Of a stretch of 32,000 nucleotides of DNA, positions 27,686 through 32,000 are shown in pieces. Location of the stretch: the NCBI GenBank assembly GCA_002392285.1, contig DGGR01000041.1, positions 30,001 to 62,000 on the forward strand, written 5' to 3'. The DNA comes from Verrucomicrobia bacterium UBA3869 (lineage in GTDB: Bacteria; Verrucomicrobiota; Verrucomicrobiia; Opitutales; UBA9783). Every line of letters begins with the position of its first letter. Position 1 is the first letter of the stretch. The notes under the pieces were generated by a model that was not told the origin of the DNA, searched no databases, and was given only the letters and a program-made list of their open reading frames with translations. A program made the position numbers and the translations under genes.

Positions 27686-28858
27686 TTACAGTGCGTCCGA
27701 AGGGTTGTCGTTTCGGGTGTCTAATTTGAAAAACGAAGGGTTCAGCAGTGGGAATTTGAGGTATAAAATTGATCCTGTATGTTCTTTGCTTTCAATCTCT
27801 ACCCATCCGTTGTGTTCTTGCATGATGCGACGGATGATGAGCATTCCAATTCCATGTCCATTCGGCTTATGCGATTCAGGCGTATGAGAGAGCATTTGGG
27901 TTGTTTGAGCGCCCGAAATGCCACAGCCGGAATCCGCAAAGGCTAATGTTAGGTAACGTCCGTCTTGTTGCCCCGTAATACGAATCCAACCGTTGCTGCC
28001 GATTGCCTCAATGGAGTTTTTTAGGACGTTAAAAAACACCTGCTGTAAACGCGGTTTGTCGAGCTCAATGGACGGCAAGGCCTTAGGCATGTTCAGCTCA
28101 ACGCTAATATTGAGGTCGTCTAGTTGAGGTTTGAGTACCGCCAACACGGCATTGAGAATGGATGTAACCAACCCCTCTTGCAGTTGAACGGCCTGAGGGC
28201 GTACCGCTTGTAAGAAATGCTGAATGATTTCGTTAAGGCGTTGAATTTCATCTAAACATACCTGAATCGATTTGCGAGCTGATGGCGATGGCTTGTTGGT
28301 TTGCAACGAGCGTTTCAGAAGCTGAAGATGAATGTGGATGGAATTTAATGGATTGCCCAATTCATGCGCTACCTCAGAAGCTAATTGTGTGATGGTATCA
28401 AAACGCTCCTGCAAGCGTTGCTCTTCCGATGCCTGATGCTCCTGAGTGATATCCCGAAGCACGATGATAAATTGGTGGCGAGTGGGGTTTGCTTGAAAAT
28501 ATTGCATGTGAAGCCGCACCCAACGCTTTTCCGGATAGGTTAATTCGGTTTCTTTTGCAATTACATCAGGAACGATGGATTTTGGCTTGGTAAACAATGG
28601 CTTTAGCAGCGGAATCCAATGCCATAAGGGGGTTGCTTTGTGGTAGTCCTTTGGCAACCCCAATAAGCGTTGAGCTGCCAGGTTGTAAAATTCGATATCT
28701 CCCGAGGTGTTGGTGAGCACAATGGCTTCCTGGAGTAAGTTAAAGATAGAAGCCAGTAAATCATGCTCTTGATCTAGGTACTGTAGGTTTTGATCCAACT
28801 CTTTCCCGTGTAACGAAGGAATTCTTTGGTAAACCTTATGGTACGTGCCGTTTTTCAT
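27686..28858 (-). CDS. cytoplasmic PAS-domain sensor histidine kinase
   Basis: A PAS-like N-terminal half (LLQEAIVLTNTSGDIEFYNLAAQRLLG) is followed by the H-box SEVAHELGNPLNSI, the N-box FFNVLKNSIEA, and G-boxes DSGCGI and GHGIGM. There is no TM segment and no response regulator in the window. Confidence 0.85.
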   Translation of the reverse strand: MKNGTYHKVYQRIPSLHGKELDQNLQYLDQEHDLLASIFNLLQEAIVLTNTSGDIEFYNLAAQRLLGLPKDYHKATPLWHWIPLLKPLFTKPKSIVPDVIAKETELTYPEKRWVRLHMQYFQANPTRHQFIIVLRDITQEHQASEEQRLQERFDTITQLASEVAHELGNPLNSIHIHLQLLKRSLQTNKPSPSARKSIQVCLDEIQRLNEIIQHFLQAVRPQAVQLQEGLVTSILNAVLAVLKPQLDDLNISVELNMPKALPSIELDKPRLQQVFFNVLKNSIEAIGSNGWIRITGQQDGRYLTLAFADSGCGISGAQTTQMLSHTPESHKPNGHGIGMLIIRRIMQEHNGWVEIESKEHTGSILYLKFPLLNPSFFKLDTRNDNPSDAL

Positions 28859-29626
28859 TTAAGAGCGTTGAGGTGTATCCTTGGACGCTGCGCCTTGGTT
28901 AGCAACCGCTTGCTGTGCTTTTTCTACCGCTGCGGCATCGCCCAAATAGTAATGACGTATGGGGGTCAGATTGTCCTCTAGCTCATAAACCAATGGAATG
29001 CCGGTAGGAATATTCAATTGCGCAATGGCATCGTTGGATAAATGGTCTAAGTGCTGTACTAACGCTCTGAGAGAGTTACCATGGGCCGTTATAATGATGC
29101 GCTGACCCGATTGAATAGCGGGAGCTAAAGTGGCATTCCAGTAAGGCAATAATCGGTCGAGCGTATCTTTTAAACATTCTCCCGTGGGAATTTCTGCGTT
29201 TGGAACACCGGCATAACGTGGGTCAGAACCGGGATATCGAGGATCCGAGGGTTCCAACTTAGGCGGTTGTACATCATAGCTCCGGCGCCACAAATGTACT
29301 TGTTCGGCTCCATAACGGTCGGCCGTTTCGGTTTTGTTCAGTCCCTGCAACGCCCCGTAATGGCGTTCGTTGAGCCGCCAACAGCGTTCAACCGGAATCC
29401 ACATTAGGTCGAGGTCATCTAAAACAATCCATAGGGTACGGATGGCGCGTTTTAAAACAGAGGTATAGGCACGATCGAACGAAAATTTCGCTTCTTTTAA
29501 CAACTGAGCTGCTTGATGCGCTTCCTGTATGCCTTTGGGAGAAAGATCAATGTCGGTCCATCCGGTAAAACGGTTTTCTGTATTCCAAAGACTTTCTCCG
29601 TGTCGTAACAAAACCAATTGTTTCAT
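28859..29626 (-). CDS. gpmA: 2,3-bisphosphoglycerate-dependent phosphoglycerate mutase
   Basis: [35 protein letters not shown] and [11 protein letters not shown] are GpmA motifs. Confidence 0.95.
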   Translation of the reverse strand: MKQLVLLRHGESLWNTENRFTGWTDIDLSPKGIQEAHQAAQLLKEAKFSFDRAYTSVLKRAIRTLWIVLDDLDLMWIPVERCWRLNERHYGALQGLNKTETADRYGAEQVHLWRRSYDVQPPKLEPSDPRYPGSDPRYAGVPNAEIPTGECLKDTLDRLLPYWNATLAPAIQSGQRIIITAHGNSLRALVQHLDHLSNDAIAQLNIPTGIPLVYELEDNLTPIRHYYLGDAAAVEKAQQAVANQGAASKDTPQRS

Positions 29627-29690
29627 GATTCTAGCCTAGCACAATTTGTTATGAGACAAAAGGGTTAAAACATTAGGCTTCGTGAGAACT

Positions 29691-30578
29691 TTATAGCTTT
29701 TCGTTTAACGACAGGGTTGCTTGGGTGTCGGCGTAAGGTAAATGGCAGGCTTTTTCAAAACAATTAGACCAAAAAGCCTTAAAATCCTCAGCTGAAATTT
29801 CTTCTGGGCAATAATTTTCAGCGCCGACGTATTCAATACCAAGCAGTTGGGCTTGTGGAAAATCCTGTTTGAGCGCATCATACGCATCGGTTAAATTTTG
29901 CGCGCGGTCATCCACAAAAATGATACATTTAGGGTGCAATTGTAGCTTCTTCAAGAATGCACACAGCACCGTGCCTTTGTTAGTTGTACCTTTTTCGCTG
30001 TTGGAAAATAAAATCCCTTTGTAGAACGTTGGATAATTGCCACGGTACATCGGTAAGTTGTTAAAAACCAGATAGGATTCCGCGAACGAATCATCGAATG
30101 ATAGGTTTTTTTCTTTCAGCGATTGATACCGTAGGTCTTCAACAGATCGACCTTCAAAATCTCCTGTTAGCGTGGCGGTTAGAGCAATTACCTTAATCCC
30201 CCTTGAACGAACGACCTGCAACAAGGGATAAATTCCTTCATCCACCAATCGTTGTGGAAGCAGGAAATTGTATAAAAAGGGAAGCGAAGTGTCCATGGTT
30301 GGATAACGCCGTTGGATATCGTGATAAATCGCTAAATGCTTACGTACGTTTGGGGCATAAGCCGCAGGATGTTTCGGTTGCAATAGGGTCATGTCGATAT
30401 CGAAAATGCATAAGATATCGTTGGGGGCATAAAGCTTAAGCGACGGCTGAATGTAGGCCGTTACTTCCTCCATGCTTTTTAATGTCGTGCTAACTCCCCG
30501 TTGATTGACCATGGTGCTTAAGATCCAAATTGCAGAGAATGTAAAAGCAATTTGTAGTATCTTTTTACAATCGTTCAT
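29691..30578 (-). CDS. membrane-anchored HAD-superfamily-like hydrolase of unknown specificity
   Basis: An N-terminal TM (ILQIAFTFSAIWILSTMV) precedes HAD motif I (FDIDMTLL). A later ALTA and FVDDRAQNL are consistent with motifs II and IV. It may belong to the DUF2608 family, but I am unsure. The ATG at 30578 is preferred over the TTG at 30590. Confidence 0.55.
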   Translation of the reverse strand: MNDCKKILQIAFTFSAIWILSTMVNQRGVSTTLKSMEEVTAYIQPSLKLYAPNDILCIFDIDMTLLQPKHPAAYAPNVRKHLAIYHDIQRRYPTMDTSLPFLYNFLLPQRLVDEGIYPLLQVVRSRGIKVIALTATLTGDFEGRSVEDLRYQSLKEKNLSFDDSFAESYLVFNNLPMYRGNYPTFYKGILFSNSEKGTTNKGTVLCAFLKKLQLHPKCIIFVDDRAQNLTDAYDALKQDFPQAQLLGIEYVGAENYCPEEISAEDFKAFWSNCFEKACHLPYADTQATLSLNEKL

Positions 30579-30606
30579 GTCGAGCGGCAAGCATAAACCT
30601 GGTTAA

Positions 30607-31719
30607 TTAATGTTGAATGATCCGTTTTAATAATGGAATAGCAATCAACCATAGAGCGATCGGTGGCATCCATACTAACCAATCAGGGCGCCATTGCGGA
30701 GCTGCTTCCAACCACGAAATTGCCATGATAAGGGTATAAAACCCCATGGCCAGTCCAATCGCTAGTACCAGGTTAATGGATGTTTCGGTTCGGCTAAAAC
30801 GAATACTGAGAGGAATGGCAATCAGAATCATGGCTAGAATTCCGAAGCCAAAAACAGCATTTCTTTGGATTTCAAGCCGAGCCAATACCTTTTCTTTCGG
30901 TGAGTGCGCTCGGGCAAATTCACCGCGCAATTCGGTTAAGGTCATGTGCCCTAAGCGCTTTCTAAAGAATAGATTGCCCAATAGATGTGATAACGGGAGC
31001 GCTATTTCTGTGCTCGTGAAGGCAATTGGTTGCGTATGAATCGTGTCGCCCGATTGCATTAAATATTTTTCGCCAGAACCGTTGAGCAAGGTGAACAGCA
31101 AGCGATTACGTTTGTTATCGTAGCGCAACAATCCTTTTTTAGCGTGTAGTGCCATATTGACACCCGAGGATTGACTTCCATCCAATTCCCACAGCCAGCA
31201 GTTTTCTACCCAATCCCGATGCTTTTGCTCAATAAAAAACATATAGCCAGGGAAATCTTTTACAAACGTACCGGTTTGAATAAACTGAAGCGGTTTTTGG
31301 CGAATCAGGTTGGTTAATGCGGTTCGGTAATAAACAATGGAATGAGGCCCCCAATGAAAGTTTACAAACAAGGTAAACAAGGTGCCTAAGGAGGCCAACA
31401 ATAGAAACGGGGCAATAATCGTATACGGACTAATACCGGATGCCTTCATGGCCAGCAGTTCGTTGTGGGATGAAAGCCTTCCGAGCACCAACAGCGTAGC
31501 GGTTAGCACCCCCAGCGGCAGGGAATAAGCAACCATAGAGGGGATTAAATGCCACAGGATGTCAATGAAGAACGGCAGTTGAATTTTGCCGCTCGCTAGC
31601 ATGGGCAGCACTTCTTTTACGGCATTCCCTATGATTAAAATGAACACAAATAGGCAAACCGTACTGGCGCAGGCCACCAAAAACTGCCGCATCAAATAGC
31701 GTTGGAGGGTATTAAACAT
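30607..31719 (-). CDS. LptF/LptG-family LPS export permease
   Basis: The N-terminus LQRYLMRQFLVACASTVCLFVFILIIG is typical of the YjgP/YjgQ family. The layout is three TMs, a periplasmic beta-jellyroll region, then three TMs. Confidence 0.8.
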   Translation of the reverse strand: MFNTLQRYLMRQFLVACASTVCLFVFILIIGNAVKEVLPMLASGKIQLPFFIDILWHLIPSMVAYSLPLGVLTATLLVLGRLSSHNELLAMKASGISPYTIIAPFLLLASLGTLFTLFVNFHWGPHSIVYYRTALTNLIRQKPLQFIQTGTFVKDFPGYMFFIEQKHRDWVENCWLWELDGSQSSGVNMALHAKKGLLRYDNKRNRLLFTLLNGSGEKYLMQSGDTIHTQPIAFTSTEIALPLSHLLGNLFFRKRLGHMTLTELRGEFARAHSPKEKVLARLEIQRNAVFGFGILAMILIAIPLSIRFSRTETSINLVLAIGLAMGFYTLIMAISWLEAAPQWRPDWLVWMPPIALWLIAIPLLKRIIQH

Positions 31720-31739
31720 AACGTACGATTGGAGCTATT

Positions 31740-32000
31740 TTAATGTTGTTGGCGTACATACCGATCAACTTTATCGGCAGTGATGACCCCATAATTAATG
31801 GTCCCTAGCCATCCTGACATAATGATTCCTACCGACCCAGCATGGTACAACCCATGAACATAATTGGAAAGATTCATGGATATTTTGAGTCCCTCAAATT
31901 TGGTTCCAAACGAAGCCCCTTCTAGATGTTTGGTATAACGGTTAAAGGTGCGCGGGGTAGCGCATTCGATCCAACCGATTTTTTGTTCCACATGAGGGAT
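31740..32000 (-). CDS. NAD(P)/FAD-dependent oxidoreductase (phytoene desaturase / amine oxidase superfamily), C-terminal fragment; the gene continues beyond the window end
   Basis: The frame is open to the window edge ([10 protein letters not shown]...). TPRTFNRYT...GASFG...[11 protein letters not shown]...G resembles the C-terminal FAD-binding segment of CrtI-like enzymes. Confidence 0.45.
   Translation of the reverse strand: MPHVEQKIGWIECATPRTFNRYTKHLEGASFGTKFEGLKISMNLSNYVHGLYHAGSVGIIMSGWLGTINYGVITADKVDRYVRQQH

Noticed and set aside
1-32000. Mobile elements, prophage remnants, toxin-antitoxin pairs, restriction-modification systems or tRNA-linked islands
   Set aside because: No integrase, transposase, recombinase, inverted terminal repeats, tRNA genes or compositionally distinct block was seen. 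The only non-coding gaps over 100 bp are 9878-10221 and 13456-13736.

Overview
This is a gene-dense chromosomal window of about 35 protein-coding genes, mostly housekeeping and cell-envelope functions, from a diderm bacterium. LPS and outer-membrane genes lpxA, lptF/G and a BamD-like lipoprotein are present. I cannot assign a phylum from the sequence alone.

Gene layout:
- Bases 1-13455 are all on the minus strand: dnaE (5' part), acpS, prfB, an unknown membrane protein, exbD-like, exbB-like, a TPR lipoprotein, fabH, plsX, rpmF, an nhaC-family antiporter, trmB, mnmG and mnmE.
- Bases 13737-18397 form a short plus-strand block: a folE-folB fusion, rodA, an RNase E/G-family gene and lpxA.
- Bases 18394-32000 return to the minus strand: murJ, a complete Bat-type cluster (moxR, DUF58, DUF4381-like, batA, batB, batC, batD, batE), an orphan PAS histidine kinase, gpmA, a membrane-anchored HAD-like protein, an lptF/G-family permease, and the 3' end of an FAD-dependent oxidoreductase.

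Most junctions are ATGA or TAATG overlaps or gaps of 0-20 nt, which implies long operons. I found no rRNA, tRNA, CRISPR array, transposase, integrase or phage gene.

I do not see a convincingly novel multi-gene system. The points most worth a second look are:
1. An ExbB/ExbD-like pair whose canonical charged transmembrane residues appear substituted. It is translationally coupled to an unknown membrane-anchored protein and a TPR lipoprotein.
2. Four DnaA-box-like TTRTTCAC motifs in the divergent mnmE/folE intergenic region.
3. A perfect 4x 14-bp tandem repeat carrying ATG codons, next to a small ORF that looks split by a frame change at a T5 run.
4. A FolE-FolB fusion ORF.
5. A dnaE 5' end whose best N-terminus is 1 nt out of frame.

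All functional calls come from by-eye motif recognition in the supplied translations. No database search was run.
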